Assembly (NCBI GenBank): GCA_964247055.1
Contig: OZ176051.1
Location: 10,416,001 to 10,480,000, forward strand
Length of the DNA stretch: 64,000 bases
Direction of reading: 5' to 3'
Source: Paragordius varius
Taxonomy: Eukaryota; Animalia; Nematomorpha
Positions 25,359 through 39,300 of this stretch are shown one piece after another. A model generated the notes under the pieces. The model was not told where the DNA came from, did no database searches, and was given only the letters and a program-made list of their open reading frames with translations. The first letter of the stretch is position 1. The number at the start of each line of letters is the position of its first letter. The position numbers and the translations under genes were made by a program.

Positions 25359-28300
25359 ATATGTGTGGTGCATAAAAAATGTTTTGATTTTAATAATTAT
25401 TAATTATCTATTTTTAAATTAATATATCAATATATTAATGAATTTTTTATTTTAATCCATAATTAGGTTTATATGAATCCATACTATCATCCGCTTGTTC
25501 ATGCATTGGACTTAAAGTGTTACATGTTGACAGGTATTGTAAAAATTTTGAAAATATTTGTTAATACTAACTTGTAATAATTTTATTTAAAAACACTTAA
25601 GTCAGGGGTGTCCACGAAAATCTATACAGCTGCTTTAATAATTAGTTTTTTATTCATTTAAATCCAAGTGGATAACATTAATCGTAAATTTTTGATTAAT
25701 ATCATCATCAAAGGTTAGAACTCCGGATTCAATGTTTTTTTACCACAAAATGATTTTACTTCGTGGTTGAGGGGATTTTTATAGGTAACTCATGCCCTTG
25801 TGCATATCTAATGTATTATAGACTACACTTTTATATTTTTTAACATTTTTAAAACACTAGAGCGTACAAAAGCGTTTTGGACATCCTTGCTTGAAGTGAT
25901 ATTAAATTAATTAATTTTTAAGATACAGGGTGGCATATATTAAGTTTAGGGGTTTTAACTTCATATAAGATCATTATTATATATTTTTATAGAAAAGTTA
26001 CAAATATAAAGTTTAGTTGAAATTGATATATTTAATATTCAATAGCTTCTATAATAAGTTTTTTTTAACGTTTTCACCTTATATTTTTTATACTCTTTAT
26101 TAGCAATTCATTTTATGGTGGTGTTCATACTTCCCTATCCCTACTAAGTTTGAGAGATCGGATTGACAATATTCTGGTAAAATAATTTTTAACAAAAAAT
26201 TTTTATATTAATTTTTCCCATTTTTATAAACAATTTATTTTTAGGATTGTGAAAAATCAAAAAATTCAGAAAATCACATTGGGGTCAATGATTTATCCAG
26301 CTTAAATGAACAAAATCGTCAAAAAATTTTACCACTCAAAAGTGACTCTGTCATACCAATGAATGATATTAATTACGATGAAAAGTAATATCTAACAATA
26401 TTAAAATTAATTTTACAATAAAATTATGGATAAAACCCACCCAAAGGATAGATATTAAACGCAAACCACTATTCAAAACTCATAATTTTTTTTTTGCAAA
26501 TTGCAGTTTTATTATTTTAAACATTATCTAGAATTTTTTTATGATTTCAACTTTATATACTAAAGCTATGAAAAATTATATGAATAATTGTTAAAAGAAT
26601 TTTGTTAAGAATTTTCTAAATTTTGAATAATGATTTTCAACTAATATTGCCAGAAAGGTTTTACAGTTAAAATAAACTCTATTGATTAAAAGAACGAAAA
26701 AAAAATGCTTATCCTTATTTTAAGCAAGCCAATATTATTTTCCTTTACTTTAAACGCTATCTTGCAATAAAGCTTTAAAAATAGACAGTTTTTACTAAGA
26801 TTATGGTTCAAAATTTGTATGGGTAGTTAGAAACTTTACTTGTATTAATTTAATAATTATGTTATAGCTTTGAGAAATTTTTAAATACGTCCGATTCAAC
26901 TAAATCACGTACCATCACCAATAATATCGATTCACCCAATATCGAAACTAATGATTTGGTTTGCACTTTTTTTGCTTTTTTTAAATATACTTACCAAAAA
27001 TTTAAGTGTTTAAGGTAAAAATTTGTTTAAAATATTTAAATATCGAAAAATGTATATTATGTCTGTGTCGCAAATAAATTTTATTTTAGTTTGATTAACT
27101 TAATACTTTTTTTCTATTATATAAATTTCTCCATATTTCAGACTTGGATTTTAAAATATTTTATTCATTAGTTATTTTTCCTTAAATTCTTATAAAAAAC
27201 TATCTAGCAAATTTAATATTTATGTTTTTAATATTAATGTTCTTTTTTACTTTTTATCAGACTACGTGCATTTTGAGGGGCCAATCTAGACTGTACAGTT
27301 TAGATGTAACACCCAAACTAATTATGGCTGGTACAAAATTTTTCGATTTGCTAATACGATCAACAACATGTCGGTATTTAGAGTTTCAACGGATATCTAA
27401 AATTTTGACAACCATCTCACACAATATACACTCTAATAATGATAAGATTAAAGGGAATATTGATGATAAAATTCCCCCCTGTCAAAATGAAATTATTCAA
27501 GTGAATTTGTGTTTTTATCCCGCTTTATTTGAAAGTTTTTTTCCTTTACCATATTTAAGATTAATATTGAATCTATTTATATTGCCATTCATATATTTTT
27601 TTATAGCTGTAGTAAATAATTTTTATATTAAAATCCATTTTAAACAACTACTAAACCTTAAAATTATTAATGTCACACGTTTACAAAAATCTTATAACCA
27701 ATCTTAGTGCAACTTATTTTTTTATCGGTTATCTTAATTTTTTAAGTTTTAATTAAATATTTTATCTAATTTATTTTATTTTAACATTAATAAGAAAAAA
27801 AGTTAGCATGCCATAATTCATAATTTGTTAAAAATGGTAATTTACAACTACAGTTTTCATTTAATAATATATACTTTTCAGGTACCATGTACACGATCCC
27901 AAATTTTTCGAAGTCAGATGCTTACTATGGTTGAAAAACGCTTACTAATGAAATTTTTATCGCTCATCATTATGGATAAATCCGAAATAAATGATAATTC
28001 CGATAAACTGCTCTTAAACGCATTTCAATCTTTAACACCTCGGCTCAAATTAATCTTGTGTCAAGCGATTGCTTTAAAGCCGTTACCAAGTTTTTATTTA
28101 TTGTTTTTTATTAAAAATTAGGAAAAAATTATTTTTCTATAACATCTTTTTATTGTCGTTTTGTAACTATTAGATCTTTACTTTCGATTTCCTAAAATTT
28201 ATCCAAAATATTTGCATATGAATTATTTTGTTAATTATCTGAAACTTAATGTGTTTGTAATAACTTTTTTTTAAAAAATATATTCACATTTTTATTATTT

Positions 28301-31300
28301 TAGATTTAAATCATGCCATATATAAATGTATAGTCTATTACAAATATAAATTTAAATGCGCTAAATAACTAATGTTTTAACAAAATAATTTTTTTGAGTA
28401 TAATATATTAATATATATTTCATATCCACAGGGAACCTAAATACCTTACCCGAAGGTTTTATTCAAAACGTTAAAAATTACTGCCTTGGAATACAGGAAA
28501 TGGCGCAACGAACTGAAAATAGCTTGGCTTCCTCGATCGAATCAACAAATGATTTTGATAAAAAGTTTTACTTATGTTTTTACCTTTTTTTGAATGAAAT
28601 TTTAGATGTTAATTTTTAGGATAAAATTTATTACTATAAATTTACTTTTAAATAGAATATTTATAATGATATATCATAATTTACATGTAACAGGGTATCT
28701 TTGTTGTTTTATAAAAGATTCTGGCTTGTTTCTCTTATTTATTCAATTGATTTTAACCCGTTAAATCTAATTTGAATAGAATTTTAAAAATTTTGAAATC
28801 TATTTTTTTTAATTGTTCACCTCATTTAATTTGATGTAATTAACTACATCAAAGCCAATTCATATTAAATATTTCTTGACAATATCTCATATATTAGAAT
28901 TATATATGTGCATTCTTTTTGAAATTTTATTTGTAAAAAAACATCAATCCAAACTTATAGCCTTAAAAATATTTTTTAAAATTAATATATTTTGTAATAA
29001 TTAAGCACATTATCGGAACAAAACATTAGTCCCTTTTTGTATCCCTTGTACGGATGTGGAGAAATGTCTCAAGCTTTTTGCCGCCTAAGCGCTGTACATG
29101 GACCACAGACATCCTTTGTTTTAAATGCTAGAATTGATGGTTCATATTTAATTATTGTTTTTTTATTTTGCTTTGATGAGTATAGTATAGTCGTTTTTTA
29201 AATATTTTATGGTATTGCTATGTTTCAAGCATATACATACTGTGCACATATATTTTTGGTTACTTTTTATTTTGTTAATTGGGAAACTATTGTAATGTGA
29301 TGGATACATTTTTTTGTTTAAGTTTTGACATATTTTGCTCGCACATAATAAAATTTACATTGGTGATATAAAGTATGCATTTTAATGGTTGCTTATTTCA
29401 CACTATAATAGGGCGATTCGCAACACAGTAGTGTGTTGAAAAAACATATAATGTTAAATAAATAATTATTTCCTTTCTTTTTTCCATATACTCATGTGAT
29501 GCAAATCGCCCTACTATAGTGTGAATTATGCATACTGTAATTCAGTGATACTCAAACCGCGGCCCGCGGGCCGCATGCGGCCCTAAGAGCGCTTTAAAAT
29601 TGCCCTTTGACCATATTGATACTTGAATTATTTTTTTTATTGATGATTTTTTTTTAAATACACTTAAACGAATTTTCGCTTATTTTAATATTATATTATT
29701 CTTTAGATTTAATTTTGGTAATTGTTATTTTTACCCAATTTGAAATGTAGAAAAATTTCCCTACATTACAAACTGATTTCAAAACTTTGGCGCACGTTGC
29801 TTCTGTATTTTATTTTTTTTCCTATTTCGAAGTTTTTATTGCATTCTTTTTTTGTATTTAAGCAAGCCTTTCACCCAAACTTGCATATATATATATATAT
29901 ATATATATTATTCTCATTGCTATCCTGCATCATTTTTTACAACTTATTCCCATAAATTTTTCAAATTAACATAATTAAATTTCGGCCTGTTTTTTATAAC
30001 AAAATTCTTATATTCCTATTTTTTGGAAAAATTTACCTAATCATAAATTCAAATGATGACATCTAATGCTAAAAAACTTAAATTATCCGATGAAAATCGC
30101 TCCTTTAAAAAAGAATGGCATTGTTGTTTTAAATTATAATGACCTGCCTTATATGAAAGGACAACATAATTAAAAAAAAATACAATACTGAAAGACAATT
30201 TACCATCCAAATTTCTCATATCAACAGAATGCGGAAAACAAAAAATACAAAATGATTAAAGAATTATACCAGAAAGAAAAATCTATTATATCCATGGCTT
30301 TCTCCCAGGAAAAAGCTTTAACATTAGCTTCGTATGAAATTTGCTATTTTTTAGGTAAAATATAAAACCACTCCCAACTAATAAAAGAATGTCTAATAAA
30401 TGGTTGCAGTTTGTTATTTGATATAAAAAAAATTTTTCTGAATAAATCATCGCATTGAAGATATGTCTAAATATAATATTTTTAACAATATATTATTGGC
30501 TCTGAAAACTGCAAATATTTTGGTATTGCTATTGATTCTAGCACTGATATTAGTTCAACACCTCAATGTGCGCTATTCGTGCGATTTTGCAACGACAACA
30601 TAATCAACGAGGAATATTCAAAATTTTACCAATGAATAATACCACGAAAGGAAGTTTTCACGATTTTTTGATAATTATATTATATCTATGAAAAAATTGG
30701 TTTCGATCTGTACAGATAGCTGTCCATTAATGATAGGAATAAACAAAGGATTTTTTCTCTTTTGAAAAACAAAAAGTTTGCAAATTATTTTATCCTTTCA
30801 TTGCGTTATTCATCAGCAAAACTTGTTTTCGTCTTTCAAGAAATCACTTCATTCTGTTATTAAAACGGTTGTGTATATGGTTAACCACATCCGTTGCAGA
30901 AAATTCAACCGCTGTTTCAAAACCCTTTGGAAGGTATCCACAGTGAGTTTGATGATATTCTTTTGTAAACCGCTGTGAGATGGCTAAGCCTTAGCAAAGT
31001 ATTAAAAAGATTTTCTGTTTCAAGACATGAAATTCTATTATTTTTAAAAGATAACAGAAGGTTTGACGAGGAAATTAATAGTGACAAATGGTCGGTTTTT
31101 TATTTGACCTATGCGACATTTCTTATTAACTTAGTATTTTTAATACAAGTTGAAGGGAGCAAAATAATAACCCAATTTGCTGATCATAATTTGCTTATGA
31201 AGAAAAACTAATATATATATATACAAGATTTTATAAATTAAACACCCCTATATTTTCCAACAATTAATTCATGAAGAAAATATGGAATTTACCGCGGAGA

Positions 31301-34300
31301 TTAATTTAATAATAGAAAATCATTTAACTTTTTTATCTAATGAATTAAAATTCAGATTTCAAAAGAAATATTAAAAAATGCTTAAAACACGTTAAAAAAA
31401 CATGGCATATGGATATATCCAATATTAAGCAGCTTGAGCATTTCGGTTTTGATCAGGCGCATATTGAAGTTGTAGATTCTAAATGATTCCAAGGGGCTAT
31501 ATTCAAGGAGAATCGTAGGGAAGAAAGATATGCAGAGTTTTGGCAAGATGTGCCAAATAAATATGAAAATATAAAAAAATGTGCTCAAGTTATCCTAACT
31601 GTTTTTCCCTCAACTTACACGTGTAAGAGGGCATATTCAAAAATGAAGTATGTAAAGAATACATAAAATCGCTTAACCGATGATCATATGGACATTTGTA
31701 AAATTGGCCTGTCATGAGGCGAAGCCAAAATTGTCAAAAATTATTGGTTAATGTCCAATACTGTTTATCAATATATTTTAATTTTTTAAACTAAATGGTG
31801 CAAAACAAGTTTTTAGCTGGATTATGCGATCCGCAAAAACCATTGTGCTGATTTAGAGTATAAATAAGTGCATATGTGTCAAAGAGCTATGGAATATTTG
31901 CCATTATAAGGTTCATGGCCCTCGAAAAAAATATATATTTTATTTGGCCCGTCAAATTTTTTTGGTGAGTACCACTGCTGTAATTATTATTTTTCTTCTC
32001 TTTTTTATGTTAGTTAATGTGCATTTTAGCCATAGCTTATATATGTATATATATATGCAGTATGAATATTATAAATTGCTAGAAAGTTATTAATTATTGC
32101 CAAATAGCATATACAACAAAGGACAGTATTATTTACTATTATTAGCCAATAATAATTCTCTTTGCTACATATGCCATATGCCAATAATTAATAACTTTCT
32201 TGCAATAAATACTTAGTCATTATATATATATAGTAAATAGCCATACAAATTTAATTGTGTATGAGCAAGTTTATTTTTTTTTAATTTTTTGAAATTATAC
32301 AATATTTGTCGCAACATTCTATTTTATATTCCATTACGATTTTAAGACTCATATAATTAATATCTGTTTATATATCTAGTGATAGTGATTATATCTATTT
32401 TAAAATCAAAAGTTATAATATTCATAATTTTTATAATGTTTTTGATTTGCATTGAGAAAAAAAATTAATATAAACAAGCATATTTTTTCCGTTTTTTCTC
32501 ACTAAATTTATCAATGTAACTATAAATGTGGACTGGAACAGGCCGATTTGAAATTTATTTAGGCATTCATAACTAATTTATTAGTTTTAACATAAGACAG
32601 TAAAATTCCAACAGAATATAACGATTTTTTCTAATTTTTGTCAATTGGAGAGAATAATTTTGAAAAATTGTTTGTGAAATATCAATTTTAAGATTTTGTG
32701 AGCATCGTAAATTCCAAAATTTTTACGGGCCGCACATTAATTCGTGAAGGGCCGCGTATTGGACACCCCTGATGTAAACTCCATTATCTTTTATTTAAAT
32801 TTCATAAAGCCCATAAAAATATAAATTAACAGGATTATTTATTCTATTGGTATGTATTTTATAGGATTAATTCTACCCGAGGAAAATGAATCATATATGG
32901 AATCCAGTATACCCGACACCTCTGCTCAAAAATCAATCAGGTTTTTAATCTTACAATAATAAATAATTTAAAGACAAAACATAAAGAGTAAAAGAATAAT
33001 TATAAAAAATATATTTTACGATATTACCTATATTAAAATTGTTAATTTTTTTTTATCAAATTTAAAATATATAGGGTTTATTACAGTTTAAAAGGGGGGA
33101 TTTTTCTATAAAAATATTAACTAATTTTTTAATGTAAAATTTCTGAATAATTTAACACATTTATGAAAATTCTTGTTTTAACAAATAGTGACCAACCTAA
33201 GCCCAACACTACAACAGAAGAATCTCATCCAAATCATCCGATTGCCATAATAAATGGCCAATCGGTTCAATTCAAGCACGCATTTATTGAGGAAAAATAT
33301 AAAAATAGTTGTTTGTCTAAAATACCATTTCTTGCTGAGGAGCCTGAATTAAGTATTATACATTTTTTTGCTAATCACAAATTTAATGATCTTTCTTTAA
33401 ATAACCAACTCAATATTTTGTTTAGACTGCGAATCCAAATGTTTACGCTCCATATTTGTTACCAATTCAAAGTTACCTTTACTAGCTGAATATTGTGATA
33501 AAACATCATCAAAACAATCGGATACTTGTTTTAACAATGTATAATAATTCCATTACAATTTTTAATATATAATTATTTTGTCTAAGAAAACGGAATTTTA
33601 CATATGAAAATATATAAAACTTTATTAAAGAAAAAAAACTACGCCAAAGATGATTATAATTGATTTTTTTACTTATTATTTTTTTCTTAAAAGGGTAACA
33701 ACCATTTTATTTTAATTAAATATTTACAATCTTAACAAAAAATGGTATATTTATCGCACGGCCAATTAATTATATTTATGGTTTATTAATGTATATTTTT
33801 TTAATATAGATGTCTTTTCTACACACGTATCTTCCAGTTTCTACGCTATTTACCAAGAAAGATCTTGAAATCATTTTTAATTCTCATGACACCTCACAAA
33901 TTTTTGATACCCTTTTAAATTTTGCCATCTTTGATGTATCGTTGATTGAAATTTGTGATATAGCACAGTGTGGACCAAAGTCACATTTTATCTACCATTT
34001 TATAGTTACGATTGCCAATTCAACCGTTGAAATCATGAAAAATTGTCCACTCACCATATTGTTAAACCACTTTACTAGTCAAAATATTTGTCAACGTATA
34101 CTCACCTATCTATTTCCCTATAGTTTTGCTAATTTTGTTCAAAATGATGAATTAACAACTAATGACTCAGAAAAAATATCCCCTCTTACCACAAAAATCG
34201 AATGGGCCATATATTTTACGTGTCCAATCACTAAAACATTTTACGACGATTCTACATTTAAAAACACTCCTGCAGAAAAAAATCCCGCTGAAAATTGTTT

Positions 34301-34643
34301 AAACAAATTTACCAAGCATGTATCATGGATACCTGGTCCATATACTCAAATTATTCCTTGCGCCATCCCTAAAACAAACGAGGAAATTAATGTAGTTCCT
34401 AACAATAATAATAATGTATTTATGTATGAAAATGAGCATATAGATTACATTCAACACCTATTTGAGGACGTAGTAGAAAATAAATTGACGGCATACGCCA
34501 ATATAGATGGTTTAAGGCCAATCGCTACCAATGTAAGAAATATTTTCAGATTTTCACTGGAACAAGCATTAACTCAAACACGACAGGCTTCAGGCGACCC
34601 TGATAAAGCGAGAAGAAGTGATCCACAAAATAACATAGATTAA
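25246..34643 (+). CDS. CHM: Rab escort protein (REP; Rab geranylgeranyltransferase component A, GDI/REP family)
   Basis: Exons 25246-25294, 25467-25533, 26104-26176, 26245-26384, 26868-26958, 27261-27500, 27882-28089, 28432-28564, 29006-29139, 32865-32940, 33189-33352, 33426-33538, 33810-34643. Motifs MDSILPSEVDILIIGTG|LYESILSSACS...VLHVD, FYGG, VPCTRSQIFRSQMLTMVEKRLLMKFL, PFLYPLYGCGEMSQAFCRLSAV, WAIYF, GP. Confidence 0.9.
25304..25355. repeat. (AT)n microsatellite, about 26 units, in REP intron 1
   Basis: Perfect AT dinucleotide run; shorter runs also occur at ~9653, 10979, 14215 and 52576. Confidence 0.95.
25603..25889 (+). mobile_element. hAT-type MITE in REP intron 2
   Basis: CAGGGGTGTCCA ... 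TGGACATCCTTG termini; flanks ACTTAAGT / CTTGAAGT resemble a decayed 8-bp TSD. Confidence 0.55.
29369..29536. mobile_element. Palindromic ~170-bp MITE (copy 1)
   Basis: Arms TAAAGTATGCAT...TTCACACTATAATAGGGCGATTCGCA / GCAAATCGCCCTACTATAGTGTGAA...GCATACT; a second copy lies in the opposite orientation at 35236-35410. Confidence 0.75.
29543..31977 (+). mobile_element. Full-length decayed hAT DNA transposon (Buster/Charlie/SPIN-like, GTF2IRD2/EPM2AIP1-type transposase)
   Basis: TIRs CAGTGATACTCA / TGAGTACCACTG; perfect 8-bp TSD CTGTAATT at 29535-29542 and 31978-31985; subterminal GCGGCCCGCGGGCCGCATGCGGCCC; 2435 bp; lies in a REP intron. Confidence 0.92.
30053..31715 (+). pseudogene. hAT transposase pseudogene (frameshifts and stops)
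   Basis: Fragments across frames: KLSDENRSFKKEW, FGIAIDSSTDISSTPQCALFVRF (first catalytic Asp), HCVIHQQNL (CxxH), RWLSLSKVLKRF, STYTCKRAYSKMKYVK..RLTDDH (dimerisation domain). Confidence 0.88.
32700..32771 (+). mobile_element. Right end of a hAT-type MITE
   Basis: GGGCCGCAC...GGGCCGCGTATTGGACACCCCTG, the reverse complement of the CAGGGGTGTCCA terminus; the left end is unclear. Confidence 0.5.
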
Positions 34644-35235
34644 AAATTTTTTGACATAAAAAATGGCTTAATTAAATATTGTTAAAATGGTTTCCATGTT
34701 TTTACTTAGCGATGTGTTGTTATATTTTTATTAATATATATATTATTTATGCCCTAATAAATTTGTTTATACTTGTAGTTAGATAAATTAGAGTTTTTAC
34801 TATTTTAAAACGTATTAAAAAATCAAGGATTTATTAATATTCAAAGCAAAGTCTATTAACGAAAATAATTTTAAAACTGATGTTTTATCCCCGTAATTTC
34901 CAAAAAACGGATCAGATTGATAAATTTATTATAATAATACTTTCTATGTAAGTGATTGTTTAAATTATAATAATTATTTGGAAATTGTATAATTTTATAA
35001 TTAAAAATGCTGTATTTATAAATTTAAATTTTATAAAAAATGCTAATAATATATAAAAATGTATAAGGATTGTAATATACCAAATATTTGCAAAAATAAA
35101 TCTAAATAAAAATTGATGGAAAACATTGGTTAAGTAGTACAGTGATTGTTTGAGCCTTTTATGTCATTAAATGCAAAAAAATATATTCTAAATAATTTAA
35201 TATAATTTTTATAAGATGCATAATTAATAAGAGTT

Positions 35236-35410
35236 TTAGTATGCATTATAATGGTTGCTTATTTCACACTATAGTAGGGCATTTGTAACACAGGAGGGTA
35301 TGGAAAAAAGAAAGAATTATTTATTCAACATTTTGTTTTTTCTATACACTACTGTATTGCAAATTGCCCAACCATAGTGTGAAATAAGCAACCGTCAAAT
35401 GCATACTTTA
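35236..35410. mobile_element. Palindromic ~170-bp MITE (copy 2), between the convergent REP and Par-3 3' ends
   Basis: AGTATGCAT...ATGGTTGCTTATTTCACACTATAGTAGGGC / GCCCAACCATAGTGTGAAATAAGCAACC...ATGCATACT; the spacer is the reverse complement of that in 29369-29536. Confidence 0.75.
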
Positions 35411-36327
35411 GTATATTTTAACTCACAAAACAAAAAATCTTTTGGGTTAAGTAGAAGTTGTATAAATAATTAATTTATAAATAAAAATTTTTTTCTCTGT
35501 AAAAACAAAATTGGAATGCATGATATCAATGGAATATTATACTTTCATAAATATTTGATTATAATTTTGTAAAACTTTCTTATTGAGTACCAATCGCATC
35601 CAATAAAAATGCACTAAGAGGGCGTCTAAAATACGCATTATACGGTATAAATTTAAATTATAAAAGCTAAAAAAATATTTTTCATAAATAAAGCCTTAAA
35701 TGTGGATCATATTGTTTATATCACAATATTTAAATATTATTGAGTGTGTAAACAATTACAATTCTTTTCCTGTTTGGCAACCCAAATGTTGAGTATTTAA
35801 ATAATCATGGTAAAAAATATGATTATTTTTGAAAATATATTTTTCCGGTTTTATATTTTGTCTGTAAATTTTATTTTTACTGTATATAAAAGTAATAGTA
35901 ATATTCTATTTAAATATGTTAAATTATTATAAAATTATAAATATAGCTAAAAATTCCAAGTTTACTTTTTGGAAGTGACATGTTGTTCCAGTGTTTCTGA
36001 ATTTTGGTTGGAGGGCTTATTGTTAGTGACTTTATAATCTGAGTTTTTAACTATTTTTTAAATAATGTGATAAAAAATAAAATAACTTTAGATAAGGGCA
36101 TAAATAAAACAACCATTAAAATTTACAAGTGTCGCCTTATTTATATTGTTTATTTTAAAATAAAAAATTTTTTCTTACAAAAAGTAAAAAGAGTTTTTCC
36201 TTATGTAATATTATATTGCTATAGATTAAATTTAAATAAACCTAGAATTAAAAGAATTTTTTTAAAAAACGCAAGTAGAAAATTATTGGTAACCCAAAAG
36301 TGATATAAAAATTGGTTTTAATTTCAA

Positions 36328-39300
36328 TCATTGAAATAAATCAAATATAGTATCCATATTCTCTAATAAATCTAAGCGCAAACCTTTATTGTAGGAACCG
36401 CATTTTTTATTAGTTTTAGCTGAAATCTTATCAATAATTTTTGTCTCCAAGTTATTATCGATTACATCACCATTTGGAGTATAAATTGACTCGACCGAAC
36501 GTGTTAACGTTCTTTTACCCAAAAATTGGATATTATTTGAATTGCTAACATAATTATTTTTGTCCTCAGAATTGTCGTTGAGTTTGGCATACGTATATTC
36601 TTTATTACTGTTTAATGAACCGTTTTTATTGGGGCTATTCACACACAAAGAATTGGAATAAATAGTGTCGACATCTTGATTCTCTTTGTGATTATCAACT
36701 TTTGGGCTTTTGTGGTTCGCTGCGTTTTGCTTTAACGTTAGTTTTGGTATTCCGTTCCGCTGCCCTATATTCACATAATAAATTGAACCAAATAGTGTAA
36801 GGTGCTTAATTTTTATAAAGCCTTTCAACGAAAATTCTTGACAATTTTAACGGTAAAAATGAGAGGTGATTATATTTATATATATATATATATAGTAATT
36901 AAGAAAATTTATTATAGGTAGTATATACCTCTGAAATCAAAAGTTGTTGATGATCTGGAAATTTGTTTGTGAATCTTTGTGTTGCCGTTAGCTAAAGATG
37001 GTGGTTCCACAGGAAATTTCATTTTCCTAAATTAATTTTTTAGATATAAATTAGTGAAAAATATAACAAACAAAGCCCAAATTTTTTTATAGACTCTAAT
37101 TTATCAAAAATAAGTTAAATAAAATTAATTTTTACGAATGGGGCTTTATCAAAATTGAGTGCAATATATGAAGGCTTTATAGACAAAGTATATAGGTTTA
37201 AACTTATCTTAATGTAATTTACTTTTGGAAAAAACCGCAAAAGACGCCCAACACACTCCTGGAACGATATAAAATTAGACCTAAAAGATATTAAGCCTTG
37301 ACGCTATTAAGCGTCTTAACAAAGATCTTTGGAATAAGATGCTTAGTGACAACCATTAAACATGAAGATAAAAAGCATTCAAGTAAGTTTCAAGTAAAAT
37401 TTATGCGTGTGGTAATCTCATAGCCACCAAATATAAATTTGTAGATTTAATATCCATGGCCGTAAAGTACTATTACAATAACGAAATCCAGACATTCACA
37501 AATTGGATAAAAATGTAAAAAAACCGAAAATCGATTCGTTCAATTTTTGTAACGAAAATAATTAACAAATTTCCGATATAATTGATAAGCTGAATCTTCT
37601 ACTTATCAGATAATAAAAATGTTTAATAATTTCATAGGTATATTATCTAGATATAAAATATTTGAGGGGTAAATTAACAGCATACACTTAGCCATGTTTC
37701 ATTTCGGATAAAGTTAATAATAATAGATTAAATATATTTAGTGAATAAGTTGATAAAAATGAATATTTCTTAACATAGATATCCAATTTATGGTGTTATT
37801 ACTTTAAAAAATACCATTAAAAAGTTACATTACCCATATATATTTTGCCAATTCAAAAAAATTCGCCCGTCATAACCCCATAAAATAATGCATCTTACTA
37901 AAAAGCGGAATTTAGTGAAACATAATTTAAACCTAAATAATTTGATTTTTTTCAATTTATATAACCGCTGAGTAAGCGTCGTTACAAACCGAACAATTTT
38001 TATGAAACATCATAATATTAAAATTGTTAAATGATTTTATAGATAAAATTTAAAAAAATACCTAAAAACTTGGCTCAAAGATGCCTTAAGTTTAAACCTA
38101 TTCGTAGTCTGTGATGGTTGTTGATTACAATCATATATATCTCCATTTTCCATTTTGTCCTCGGTTTTATTCAATTTTTTGTGTAAAAAGTGTTGTTGAA
38201 CACTTTCACGATTAACATAAATGCATTCTTCGTAAAAGGCCTCAGAATTACCATTTTTATTATATAAATTATTGTTTGGTTGAGAGTTCGTTGCTTTATC
38301 ATTGGTTTTAGATTTGAGTGACACTTTTTTATTTTCATTTTTTGTTTTTTTAGAAGACGATGACCTTAAGACAGACCATAAAGGACTATATATTGGTTGA
38401 AGTTGGTCATTATTAATATCATTACTCATCACATAATTCGTTTGGCTTAGTAATGGTTTATTTGTTAAAACGGTTGTTTTGGAATCCTGACTTTCGGTTT
38501 TTGCAGCTTTTTGTGCAAACAAATATGTGGAATCGGAATATAGATTTTCTTGGGGAAGCACAAAATCATTTATATCTAAAATATAAGATTAATTGTAGAT
38601 AATGAAAGTTATTATTTTTTAAAGGATTGAATAGATAAATTCAAACAATCTTTGCCTCTTTTTAAAATATCAAAACAAATTTTATTTATATTTCTTAGCA
38701 GTTATACATTATAAAACTTAATTATTAAACTAGATACAATAGAATACAAAAGTAAACAGGTAAATTATATCTTTTACATTTATATATCATCCCTTAATTT
38801 GGAAAAAAATCGCAAAAACATACCCTTTGTATTTTTAACATCCATCTCCCTTTTTGGCAAACTATTAGTTCCAGTAAGAATATTAATGTCCCTATGTGCA
38901 TCAGAATAGGTGGAACCGTTAAGAATATCATTCATTTTAACATTTTGAGGTGGTGTTACGTGACCAAGGGCAGCTCTAAAGCTTTCATTTTTACATAAAT
39001 TTGTTCGCCGAGATTTTTTAACCTCTATGCTTGTTGTGGTAGATAAAGGAGTATTTATAGGGTTAGATGATGATTTTATTACAACATTTGGAGCCAATAT
39101 GTTATGGCATGAGGAACGTCGTGATTTAGGTGTCTGAAAAAATGAATTAAATCCCTTCTTTTGTTTCGTCGGTTGTTTATGGGATTCCCCACCCCTGACC
39201 GGTTTATACGCTTTAATTAATCGCCGTTTATGAACACTTTTATTACTGTTTATGTTGTTACCAGTTTCTGCAGTAGTATTTAAATTTAGAGGTGTATTGC

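Noticed and set aside
25603-32771. One 7-kb hAT element capturing REP exons, bounded by CAGGGGTGTCCA and TGGACACCCCTG
   Set aside because: The flanking 8-mers differ (ACTTAAGT vs ATGTAAAC), and the left end already has its own partner at 25889.
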